A DNA stretch of 64,000 bases from Tissierellia bacterium (GTDB taxonomy: Bacteria; Bacillota; Clostridia; Tissierellales; Tepidimicrobiaceae): NCBI GenBank assembly GCA_012839745.1, contig DUMS01000018.1, forward strand, positions 17,982 to 81,981, given 5' to 3'. The stretch's first letter is position 1. Each line of letters opens with the position of its first letter. The notes under the pieces are model-generated. The model searched no databases. It was not told where the DNA came from and worked only from the letters and a program-made list of their open reading frames with translations. A program made the translations under genes and the position numbers. Of the stretch, positions 26,462 to 35,188 are shown piece after piece.

Positions 26462-27652
26462 ATGATGAGATTGATAACAGTTATTAAAAATGTCAGTGTA
26501 TATAAACCTGAACCCATAGGAGTAAAAGATGTATTGCTAATGGGAGACAAAATTGCAGCAATAGAGGATAAAATAGATATAAATCTGAATGGTGTAGTAG
26601 ATGTTAAGGAAATAGACTGCACCGGCAAGATATTAGTACCGGGATTTATAGACTGCCATGTCCACATTTTAGGTGGTGGAGGTGAAGGAGGATTTGCAAC
26701 CAGAACTCCTGAATCCACTTTAACAGGGTTTACCACTGCAGGGGTTACCACTGTAGTAGGGACCCTTGGCACAGATGGCGTTGGCAGGGATATGAGTGCG
26801 CTGGTTGCCAAGGCAAGGGGGCTGGAGGAAGAAGGCATTACCACCTATGTCTATACCGGTTCCTATAGACTGCCTTTAAGGACTCTTACCGGGGAAATAA
26901 TGAAGGATATAATGTTCATAGACAAGGTCATAGGCATTGGTGAAGTAGCAATTTCTGACCACAGGTCATCGCAGCCTACTTTTGAAGAATTCATAAGGGC
27001 TGCAGCTGATGCCCGGGTTGCAGGCATGCTGTCAGGAAAGGCTGGAATTGTAAATATTCATGTAGGTGACGGCACAAGAAAGCTTGAAATGCTGTTTAGA
27101 GCTGTTAAGGAAACTGAAATACCTGTTACACAGTTTTTACCTACCCATATTAACAGAAATCCGGAGCTTTTTGAGGAAGGCATAAGGTATGCAAAAGAAG
27201 GCGGATATATTGATTTTACTGCAAGCGAGGACCCTGATTTCTGGGAGGAACAGGATGGTGAGGTAAGGTTCAGCAAGGGATTAAGGAGAATACTGGATGA
27301 AGGAATTTCCCTTGACAATTTCACCATATCATCTGATGGCCAGGGAAGCCTGCCTGTTTTCAATGAAAAGAAGGAATTTATAGGATTAGGTGTTGGAAAA
27401 TCCACCAGCTTATTGGTATCCATAAAGGACTGTGTATTTAATGGGGATATTCCACTGGAAATAGCCCTAAGGGCAGTAACATGCAATCCTGCAAGAATTC
27501 TTAAGCTTAAGGGCAAAGGGAGAGTTGAAAAACATTTCGATGCAGACCTGTGCCTTATGGATGAGAAAACCCTCGATATTGATACGGTCATAGCTAAGGG
27601 CAGGATTATGGTGGAGAACAAAAAAGCAGTAGTTAAAGGAACATTTGAATAG
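26462..27652 (+). CDS. iadA: Isoaspartyl (beta-aspartyl) dipeptidase
   Basis: Colinear with E. coli IadA as recalled: PGFIDCHVHILGGGGEGGFATRTPE, GVTTVVGTLGTD, ISDHRSS, LPTHINRN, SSDGQGS, and an identical C-terminal VKGTFE. Confidence 0.9.
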   Translation: MMRLITVIKNVSVYKPEPIGVKDVLLMGDKIAAIEDKIDINLNGVVDVKEIDCTGKILVPGFIDCHVHILGGGGEGGFATRTPESTLTGFTTAGVTTVVGTLGTDGVGRDMSALVAKARGLEEEGITTYVYTGSYRLPLRTLTGEIMKDIMFIDKVIGIGEVAISDHRSSQPTFEEFIRAAADARVAGMLSGKAGIVNIHVGDGTRKLEMLFRAVKETEIPVTQFLPTHINRNPELFEEGIRYAKEGGYIDFTASEDPDFWEEQDGEVRFSKGLRRILDEGISLDNFTISSDGQGSLPVFNEKKEFIGLGVGKSTSLLVSIKDCVFNGDIPLEIALRAVTCNPARILKLKGKGRVEKHFDADLCLMDEKTLDIDTVIAKGRIMVENKKAVVKGTFE

Positions 27653-27660
27653 AATAAATA

Positions 27661-27691
27661 ATAAATGCACTGATGTCTTCAGTGCATTTAT
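27661..27691. terminator. Bidirectional terminator hairpin between convergent iadA and MATE genes
   Basis: ATAAATGCACTGA - TGTCT - TCAGTGCATTTAT, a perfect 13-bp stem with A/T-rich flanks on both sides. Confidence 0.6.
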
Positions 27692-29076
27692 TATTTATCA
27701 ACAAGGGTTTTTTTACGCCAGTTGCCTTTTTTAAAGAAAAGTGCAGTAATTATTGCCCCCATGGTCCATGCTGTTAACAGGGAGATAAAAATTGCTTCAG
27801 GTCTTCCTTTTGGATAAGCTGTACTCCTTGTAAGATATGCAATGCCATAGGCTACAGGTATGCGAAGCACAACTGTAGTTATAAGGGAAATCCACATAGG
27901 TGTTATAGTATCTCCAGCACCGCGCATAACTCCAGACAAGCACTGTGTTACAGCCATTGCAATATATCCCACTGCAAGTATTCGCATCATGTGCATGCTT
28001 AAATCAACTAATTCCTTTGTTTCTGTAAAAATACCCATAAGATGTTTACCAAAGGATAATATAATAATGGTAATAACAGTAGAAACCCCTACGGCAACCA
28101 TAGTGCCCTGTTTGGTTCCTTTATATACTCTATCCATTTTTCTGGCGCCAATGTTTTGCCCTGCGTATGTTGTCATGGCACTTCCAAAGGAGAAGTTCGG
28201 CATCATTGCAAATCCGTCAACGCGCATGATAATAACATTTGCAGCTATAACCATTTCGCCAAATGTGTTGGTCAGGGATTGCACAACAATCATTGCAAGT
28301 GAAAATATTGCCTGAGTTAAACCTGAAGGCAGTCCAAGCTTAATCAATTTAGTGGAATATTCCTTATTAAGCTTTAACACATTACGGTTAAGGTCAAAGC
28401 TGCTATCCATTTTCATAAGCTTAATAAATGAAAGAATTGCTGATATTCCCTGTGCTAGTACAGTTGCCAATGCAACACCAGGCACACCCATGTTAAACTG
28501 ACTGACAAATATAATATCAAGCACTACATTTAAAGCAGTAGAAATGAGCAAAAATACAAGTGCTGATAATGAATCGCCAAGGCCACGTAGGATACCTGCA
28601 AATATATTATAATAAGAGAATCCTGCAATGCCTACAAAGAAAATTATCAGATAGTCTTCACACCAGTCAATTATGCTTTCCGGTGTATTAAGAAGAAGCA
28701 GCATAGGACGGGTAACAATAGGTCCTATAATCATGATAATTAAAGAAGCAATAGCTGTAAGCGATATGCAAATACCAATAGTATTGGACAGTTTCTCCCG
28801 ATCTCTAGCTCCAAAGTATTGGGATACCATTATACCAGCACCAACGGAAATTCCAACAAACAGCACCAGCAATAGATTTAGTACGGGGAAGGCACTGCCA
28901 ACAGCTGCTAGGGCATTATCTCCAACATATCTTCCTACAATAATGGAGTCGGCAGTATTATAAAACTGCTGTGCTATGTTGCCAATGAGCATTGGTATCG
29001 TAAACTCAACAATTACTTTCCAAGGGGTACCTTCAGTTAAATCTTTTGGTGCAAATAGTTCTCTAAGCCTTACCAT
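27691..29076 (-). CDS. MATE-family efflux transporter
   Basis: 461 aa, 12 predicted TM helices, N-terminus P.LIGNIAQQFYNTADSIIVGR..G, duplicated MatE halves. Confidence 0.9.
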   Translation of the reverse strand: MVRLRELFAPKDLTEGTPWKVIVEFTIPMLIGNIAQQFYNTADSIIVGRYVGDNALAAVGSAFPVLNLLLVLFVGISVGAGIMVSQYFGARDREKLSNTIGICISLTAIASLIIMIIGPIVTRPMLLLLNTPESIIDWCEDYLIIFFVGIAGFSYYNIFAGILRGLGDSLSALVFLLISTALNVVLDIIFVSQFNMGVPGVALATVLAQGISAILSFIKLMKMDSSFDLNRNVLKLNKEYSTKLIKLGLPSGLTQAIFSLAMIVVQSLTNTFGEMVIAANVIIMRVDGFAMMPNFSFGSAMTTYAGQNIGARKMDRVYKGTKQGTMVAVGVSTVITIIILSFGKHLMGIFTETKELVDLSMHMMRILAVGYIAMAVTQCLSGVMRGAGDTITPMWISLITTVVLRIPVAYGIAYLTRSTAYPKGRPEAIFISLLTAWTMGAIITALFFKKGNWRKKTLVDK

Positions 29077-29176
29077 ATCTACCCTCCCTTACGCATAAAT
29101 AAAATAATTCAGACAAGGATTAGTTTATAGCATTAATTATATTTTGTCAATTGAAAGAATGATAGGCTATAATATA

Positions 29177-29205
29177 TTGACATTTATATTAGTAAATGCT
29201 AACAT
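29177..29205 (+). promoter_or_regulatory. Promoter candidate for a short orphan transcript
   Basis: TTGACA (29177-29182), 17 nt, TGc-TAACAT (extended -10, 29197-29205). An alternative is TTGTCA-N18-TATAAT, ending at 29173. Confidence 0.4.
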
Positions 29206-29323
29206 TCTATTACTACTGCTATGATTTTTTGTAGCAGTGAGCTGGAGGTGCTTATATGAACTGCTGCGGAAAGGACAGGAAAAGACCCAGCTATATTGAT
29301 ATATTATTTTACAAGATAGATTT

Positions 29324-29356
29324 AACCTCTCAGTTAATGGGAGGTTTTTTGTTTTT
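29324..29356 (+). terminator. Intrinsic terminator ending the orphan transcript, 215 nt upstream of mntP
   Basis: AACCTCTC - 7-nt loop - GGGAGGTT (8-bp stem, one G-U pair), followed by TTTTTTGTTTTT. Confidence 0.75.
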
Positions 29357-29413
29357 AGGAATGTGTTGATATTGATATGCAATTTTTACTGCTGTTGAGA
29401 TTGTTATAGTTTA

Positions 29414-29442
29414 TTGACTAAAAAATTCATTTTTAATATAAT
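29414..29442 (+). promoter_or_regulatory. Sigma-A promoter for mntP
   Basis: TTGACT, exactly 17 nt, TATAAT (29437-29442). Leader of about 125 nt. Confidence 0.6.
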
Positions 29443-29571
29443 CATAAATATGACAAATGGTAAATAATAAAATAACAGGTCTGTTTTATTTGCCTATGGA
29501 ATTGCTACTGATTGACCTATGAATTCACAGGTCATATTTTATATGCCTAGAAATGTTAAAGGAGAATTAAG

Positions 29572-30138
29572 ATGAGTATATTTGAACTTTTTATTATTGC
29601 CTTAGGGGTGTCTATGGATGCCTTTGCTGTAGCTATATGTAAAGGCTTGTCTTTTAGACGGGCAAGTATCAAAAATGCTGGTATAGTTGCTTTGTATTTT
29701 GGAACATTTCAGGCAGCCATGCCTTTAATAGGATATACATTGGGAATGCAGTTCAATGAACATATAACTGCCTATGATCATTGGCTTGCCTTTATTTTGT
29801 TAGGAGTTATAGGATTCAATATGGTCAGAGAATCCAGAGACAAGACCTGTGAAGTAGTAGATGAAGTTGTAGAAAGAGGATTGTGCTTTAAGACTATGTC
29901 TATACTTGCCATAGCTACAAGCATTGATGCTTTGGCTGTTGGAATCACCTTTGCATTTTTAAAGGTAAATATAGTTCCTGCAGTTATATTCATAGGAATA
30001 GTAACATTTTCAACCTCCTTTATCGGGGTGAAAATAGGAAACATATTTGGAGTCAAATATAAATCCAATGCTGAATTAGCAGGGGGAATAATACTTATGG
30101 CCATGGGAGCCAAAATATTGATAGAGCATTTAATATAG
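29572..30138 (+). CDS. mntP: Manganese efflux pump MntP
   Basis: 188 aa, six TM helices, duplicated MntP motif [11 protein letters not shown] / [11 protein letters not shown]. Confidence 0.9.
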   Translation: MSIFELFIIALGVSMDAFAVAICKGLSFRRASIKNAGIVALYFGTFQAAMPLIGYTLGMQFNEHITAYDHWLAFILLGVIGFNMVRESRDKTCEVVDEVVERGLCFKTMSILAIATSIDALAVGITFAFLKVNIVPAVIFIGIVTFSTSFIGVKIGNIFGVKYKSNAELAGGIILMAMGAKILIEHLI

Positions 30139-30140
30139 GG

Positions 30141-30184
30141 GTCAGGCTTGAATAATTCCCTAATTCAAGTCTGACTCTTTTTTA
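30141..30184 (+). terminator. Intrinsic terminator after mntP
   Basis: GTCAGGCTTGAAT ... ATTCAAGTCTGAC (13-bp stem, one G-U pair), then TCTTTTTT. Confidence 0.8.
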
Positions 30185-30446
30185 TTATGTGCAAGCTTAA
30201 TCTATCCCCGCTAAATGCCCAAAATAATTATATGAAATGAAGGAATTTAAACATTATACATAGAATAAATACAATGCATAAATCAGCAATTGGCTAATTA
30301 TTATGTAGTTGAGTTCAATTATATTGAAATATAATATTGAAAGGATTATTGTTGTAAATTTAAATGTAACGGTAGTCATTATTTTAATGCTAATATAGAT
30401 TTGAAGGAATACTGAAATCATTTTAAGTGGCAAAATGGCATGATCA

Positions 30447-30893
30447 GTGAAAAAAGCGATAGTTATATTTTTAATCATAATAATTGTATTATATTTAATT
30501 CCAACTGTCACAGGTCATATTATAAGCTACAGTAATAGGACCAGGATCAGCAACATAATAAGAAACAACCTGGATTTTCTTAATGGCTCCATAGATAATG
30601 GTTCCTATAAGGATGCCCTAGAAATAAATGGCATTGAGGATATGCTTTTTTTTGAGACAGATGAAGGGAACACTTATATAGATTATTTCATAAGTGGATT
30701 TGGAATTGTTCCAAGTGGGATGTATTACGGATTTTACTACCACAGTGTAGATGAACCAACAGGATTCCAAGGTACAAATGTCAAACTTGCAAAAGATGGA
30801 CAAGGATGGTCCTGGAAGGAATCTATTGGATACAACTGGTACTATACAGAAAAGATAGAAGACCACTGGTATTATTATGAAGCTGGATTTTAG
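30447..30893 (+). CDS. Hypothetical N-terminally anchored protein with Tyr/Trp-rich C-terminal half
   Basis: GTG start with a weak RBS, one N-terminal TM helix, C-terminal GMYYGFYYH...WSWKESIGYNWYYTEKIEDHWYYYEAGF. Ends 21 nt before the radical SAM gene. Confidence 0.45.
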   Translation: MKKAIVIFLIIIIVLYLIPTVTGHIISYSNRTRISNIIRNNLDFLNGSIDNGSYKDALEINGIEDMLFFETDEGNTYIDYFISGFGIVPSGMYYGFYYHSVDEPTGFQGTNVKLAKDGQGWSWKESIGYNWYYTEKIEDHWYYYEAGF

Positions 30894-30914
30894 AAAATAT
30901 AGGAGGAGAGCACA

Positions 30915-31991
30915 ATGAAATATACATTTGAAATAACCTTAGCAGGATGCAATACTAACTGCATGCACTGCTATGTAGATGGAGGACCTGAGGCAATAAT
31001 GCCTTATGAGGACTATATGCTATGTATTGAGAGATTAAAGCCTGTTTTGGACTCCCTTGATGGGGATATTGCTGTAACCCTAGGAAATGAATTGTTTAAC
31101 CATCCCAGGGCTAAGGATATTGTAAAAGAGACTTTTCAGTTTATGCCTGAATACTATACCCATGAAGAGGTTGGAATTAATACCACTGGAATTGCGCTTC
31201 TAAAGCTATCTCAAGATGAAAGAGATGAGCTTATGGATGCCCTGGTTGAAGCAGGGGCAAAAAGTGCCTGCCTTACACTGCATGGCAATGAGGAACACCA
31301 CAATGAAATTGTACGAAATAAAATTGCCTTTGAAACAATTGAAAAAACTGCAGAATATTTCAACTCCTATGGCATTGAACTGTATTTTTCAATTATGATG
31401 AACAAATATGTAATTGAAGACTGGAATGATATAGAAAAGTTTTTGGAGAAGACGCCTAGTTATGGCGCTTTTGCAGTTGTGCCTTTATACATGCCTTTTA
31501 CAAGGTTAAGGGAATTTCAAAGACTTAGAGCTGAATATGAAGATTACCTGAAATTAAAAGGCAAGATGAGCCAGATAGGAATTGATGAAGAGGAGCTTTT
31601 CTACATAGTGGAAGCATATAATGAAAAAGCAGTTGCTGATTTGGTGAAGGACGGATTTGACTACAGGAAGGCTGAGGCACAATGCCCCAACTGGGCTTTT
31701 TTCAATATATCCCAGAATCTGAACTTATATTATGGCAATGCAGGTGCCAGAACAAGGCTGATTGGAAATCTTAGAAGCTCTTCAACTTTGGATTTGGTGG
31801 AAGCCATTAGGGACCTGAAGGCCAACTATGATTATTCAGCTTTTTATGAATTAGATAAACTGCCACCTGCAAATGAAGTACTGAAGAATGTGCAGCCCCT
31901 TAGATCAAATTACGTATATCCCAACGTAGCAAGTTGTTTATATAGCTGGTTTGATTTATGCTCCATACCCAGCTCCATAATTACAGAGTAA
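30915..31991 (+). CDS. Radical SAM enzyme of unknown specificity (no obvious SPASM Cys cluster)
   Basis: CX3CX2C at the N-terminus (AGCNTNCMHCY), GNE (GGE-like) block TLGNELFNHP, INTTG. Only 3 Cys in the C-terminal half. RBS AGGAGGAG. Confidence 0.75.
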   Translation: MKYTFEITLAGCNTNCMHCYVDGGPEAIMPYEDYMLCIERLKPVLDSLDGDIAVTLGNELFNHPRAKDIVKETFQFMPEYYTHEEVGINTTGIALLKLSQDERDELMDALVEAGAKSACLTLHGNEEHHNEIVRNKIAFETIEKTAEYFNSYGIELYFSIMMNKYVIEDWNDIEKFLEKTPSYGAFAVVPLYMPFTRLREFQRLRAEYEDYLKLKGKMSQIGIDEEELFYIVEAYNEKAVADLVKDGFDYRKAEAQCPNWAFFNISQNLNLYYGNAGARTRLIGNLRSSSTLDLVEAIRDLKANYDYSAFYELDKLPPANEVLKNVQPLRSNYVYPNVASCLYSWFDLCSIPSSIITE

Positions 31992-32078
31992 ATGCAGTAT
32001 GCTATTGTAAGCAATTGTTTTATTATGGAAACAACAGAATCTAACAATAATTTAACTTAGATTGGTAAGAAGTCTCCT

Positions 32079-32279
32079 ATGTTTATTTATACTGCCCAAG
32101 AAGCCGAAGATATTGTAGGAATCAATGAAATTTTTCATGGTCCTACAGACTATCTTATTGTAAAGAACCATGTTTTCAAAAGCGATAATATGATTGTTCT
32201 CTATGTAGGAGAGGATTCAGCAATTATACAGGCTCTTGAAGAGCTGTTAGGCCCACAATTTGCAGGGTATACAGAATAA
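32079..32279 (+). CDS. Hypothetical 66-aa protein
   Basis: Open frame only, weak RBS, no motif. Confidence 0.3.
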   Translation: MFIYTAQEAEDIVGINEIFHGPTDYLIVKNHVFKSDNMIVLYVGEDSAIIQALEELLGPQFAGYTE

Positions 32280-32307
32280 ACAATTATTTTTAATGGAGGT
32301 GTTGTAT

Positions 32308-32709
32308 TTGAAAAGCATAAAGCCAGGCCGGGGACCATCTATGATGGGAGTATTTGGAGGTATTATAGCAGTAGTGTTTGGCATTTTCTGGATTATAACT
32401 GCTGCAAGCATGGGAGCTCCACCCATATTTCCAATATTTGGGGTACTGTTCATAGCTATGGCTGTGGTAAGCGTAATCTACAACTACAAAAATGCTACCA
32501 GCAAGAACAGAATGTCCATATACGATATAACTGATGAAGATGAGGAACCGGATCCTTTAAATAAGTATATCAGGTATGACAAGGATGAAGATTATACAAG
32601 AGAGGTAAGCGATGAAAATGAATATATGAGGTTTTGCCCTTATTGTGGAGAACCCTTGAAGAAGGATTATGTCTATTGCCCTAAATGCGGGAAACAGATT
32701 AGGGATTAA
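32308..32709 (+). CDS. Membrane protein with C-terminal zinc-ribbon
   Basis: TTG 32308 lies 8 nt after GGAGGTG. Two TM helices, an acidic linker, then CPYCG...CPKCG. Confidence 0.6.
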   Translation: MKSIKPGRGPSMMGVFGGIIAVVFGIFWIITAASMGAPPIFPIFGVLFIAMAVVSVIYNYKNATSKNRMSIYDITDEDEEPDPLNKYIRYDKDEDYTREVSDENEYMRFCPYCGEPLKKDYVYCPKCGKQIRD

Positions 32710-32922
32710 TGCTATATATTGATTGGATTGTTTAAAAGCAACAAAGGGATATTGATAAATTGAAATGTAAATGGTAGTCTAAATATATCAATAAAACACA
32801 AAAAGTACAAATGCATTTCATAAAAAAGGCAGTGGATAATAGTGTATTGAACATACCACTGGATATAATCCCATGACTTTAGTCATGGGAGGTGAGACTA
32901 AAGATGAAATTTGGAGGTAAAC

Positions 32923-34578
32923 ATGAAGGATACAGTATATATAATAGGACATAAGAATCCGGACTCCGATTCAATATGTGCAGCTTTAGGCTATGCAGAA
33001 TATAAAAATGGAAACGGGGATATAAATGCAATCCCTGCAAGGTTAGGGAATATAAACAGGGAAACCAAATTTATACTGGACTATTTTGGGTTGGAAGCGC
33101 CAATGTACCTTGAAACGGTGCGACTGAGCGTTTCTGATTTGAATTTCGATAAGATTGCTCCAGTAAGCCCTGAAATATCATTGGGAATGGCTCTGGAACT
33201 GATGAAGAGAAACAATTTGAACAGTCTTCCCGTTGTAGATGAAAATGATAAGCTTATGGGGATTGTTTCCATATCTGATGTAATAGGTTCATACATAGAC
33301 GTATGGGACAACAATATACTGGGCAAATCAGGCACTACTTTAGACAACATAATAGATACCCTTTCAGCTAGTATTATCACAATACCTGATGAGACAAGGC
33401 CCCTTATGGGAAAGGTGTTAATCCTGGCCATGGAGCCAAATACAGCAAGGGAATACATTGAGGAAAATGACATAGTCCTGTGCGGAAATAGAAGGGATGT
33501 TCAGGAAATTGCCATAAGGAGCAGCATTTCTCTTATGATAGTTACAGGAAATGCAAAGGTAGATGAGGATATAATAAGCCTTGCCAAAGAAAACAGAGTA
33601 GCCATCATATCAACACCACATGATACCTTTACGGCATCGAGGCTCATAACCCAATCTATTCCTGTAAGGGACGTAATGACCTGTGAAAATATTGTTAAGT
33701 TTTCACTTGATGACCTGGTGGATAATGTAAGAGAGCATATGTCCCAAACCAGATACAGGTCGTATCCTGTAGTAGATCACAATAACAGAATTGTTGGGTT
33801 AATATCAAGATATCACCTTATATCAAGCACAAAGAAGAAGGTGATACTTGTTGACCACAATGAGCGAAGCCAATCCGTAGATGGATTAGAGGAATGTGAA
33901 ATACTGGAAATCATAGACCATCACAGGGTAGCTGATGTATTTACTGGTAGCCCGATATATTTCAGAAATGAGCCGGTGGGAAGCACATCAACTATAATTG
34001 CTTCCATAATGTTTGAAAACGGAAGAAGGCCTTCAAGGAAAATTGCAGGAGCATTGGCAGCTGCTATAATATCCGATACGCTTCTTCTAAGGTCTCCTAC
34101 GTCAACAAACACTGACAAGATTATGCTGGATAGGCTGGCAAGGATTGCAGATCTCAATGTCAACATATTTGCCAAGGAGATGTTCAAAGCCGGCACATCC
34201 CTTGCCGGAAGGACTCCAAAGGAATTGTTGGAGCAGGACTTTAAGATATTTACCATGGATGAGGAAAAACTGGGGATTGCCCAGGTATATACTATGGACC
34301 CTGGTAGCTTAAAGGACATGAAATCAGACTTAGTATCCCTTATGGAAGAGAGGGCAGCTAATAATAGATATTCAGCATTTATGCTGATGCTAACAGATAT
34401 ATTCAACGAGGCTTCGGAAATAGTTGTAGTAGGCGACAAAAAGGAACTGGTAGCACAAGCTTTTGGTAAAACCCTCATAAACAATTCCTTCTATGCACCA
34501 GGTATACTTTCAAGGAAAAAGCAAGTGGTTCCGCCAATAATGAATTTCTTAACCAATATTAAGGAACTCAAGGATTAG
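32923..34578 (+). CDS. ppaC: CBS-domain-containing family II (DHH/DHHA2) inorganic pyrophosphatase
   Basis: DHH motifs IGHKNPDSDSICAA, VDHNE, IIDHHR. An inserted CBS pair and a DRTGG-like region. DHHA2 C-terminus. ATG 32923 follows GGAGGT. Confidence 0.85.
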   Translation: MKDTVYIIGHKNPDSDSICAALGYAEYKNGNGDINAIPARLGNINRETKFILDYFGLEAPMYLETVRLSVSDLNFDKIAPVSPEISLGMALELMKRNNLNSLPVVDENDKLMGIVSISDVIGSYIDVWDNNILGKSGTTLDNIIDTLSASIITIPDETRPLMGKVLILAMEPNTAREYIEENDIVLCGNRRDVQEIAIRSSISLMIVTGNAKVDEDIISLAKENRVAIISTPHDTFTASRLITQSIPVRDVMTCENIVKFSLDDLVDNVREHMSQTRYRSYPVVDHNNRIVGLISRYHLISSTKKKVILVDHNERSQSVDGLEECEILEIIDHHRVADVFTGSPIYFRNEPVGSTSTIIASIMFENGRRPSRKIAGALAAAIISDTLLLRSPTSTNTDKIMLDRLARIADLNVNIFAKEMFKAGTSLAGRTPKELLEQDFKIFTMDEEKLGIAQVYTMDPGSLKDMKSDLVSLMEERAANNRYSAFMLMLTDIFNEASEIVVVGDKKELVAQAFGKTLINNSFYAPGILSRKKQVVPPIMNFLTNIKELKD

Positions 34579-34609
34579 AATTAAGAAAGCTCAGGGGGAT
34601 AAATAAGCC

Positions 34610-35113
34610 ATGAAGGATACTTTTATGGAGCATAATATGATAAGCTGTATTCATGAAAGATTAAATTTTATATATTCATTATCTGAAAATGTCTATAAAT
34701 CTTTAAAAAATGAGATGGAATTAAAGGCATTATATAACTACTATAATGGACACTATATAAAAATAAATGATAAATATGAATATCAAAAGTATCCAGTACC
34801 GGTTATCTCCATAGAAGGAAAGGGAGATATAGGTTTTAATATTGATGGGGTATGGATTGAATTTTTTATTGATAGAGAAACATTTTATAAGGCTAATATT
34901 GAAGAATTGATAAATAAATATGATGTTGAAATATATGGTGGAAACAATTGCCTTATAGACTTTTACAGTGATGGAAAATCTGTTGAAGATTTGTTAAGTG
35001 ATATAGAAAATTCAGATGAAGAAATCATTGGCATTTCAATATATTTAAAGGACACTAAATACAATAATATAAAAGATGCATTTTTTGAAGTGTGTAGTTT
35101 ATTAAATATGTAA
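34610..35113 (+). CDS. Hypothetical protein (167 aa), very AT-rich
   Basis: RBS AGGGGGA, no recognisable motif. Confidence 0.45.
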   Translation: MKDTFMEHNMISCIHERLNFIYSLSENVYKSLKNEMELKALYNYYNGHYIKINDKYEYQKYPVPVISIEGKGDIGFNIDGVWIEFFIDRETFYKANIEELINKYDVEIYGGNNCLIDFYSDGKSVEDLLSDIENSDEEIIGISIYLKDTKYNNIKDAFFEVCSLLNM

Positions 35114-35188
35114 TAAGCATTTGGTAATGGACATAATATGGCATTAAGAATGCCATGTTTTATTATTAATTTTCAAGGAGGGATTATA

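Noticed and set aside
29077-29571. Expected yybP-ykoY manganese riboswitch upstream of mntP.
   Set aside because: I could not find the conserved GGGGAGUAG element, nor UUGACAUA and AGACC elements in the correct order. I cannot call it without a covariance-model scan. The unexplained structured unit is reported as a finding instead.
32079-32709. Possible frameshifted single gene (ORFs 32079-32279 and 32260-32709 overlap by 20 nt in different frames).
   Set aside because: The downstream ORF has its own well-placed GGAGGTG-N8-TTG start at 32308. The overlapping upstream part of that frame has no supporting signal. Two separate genes are more parsimonious.
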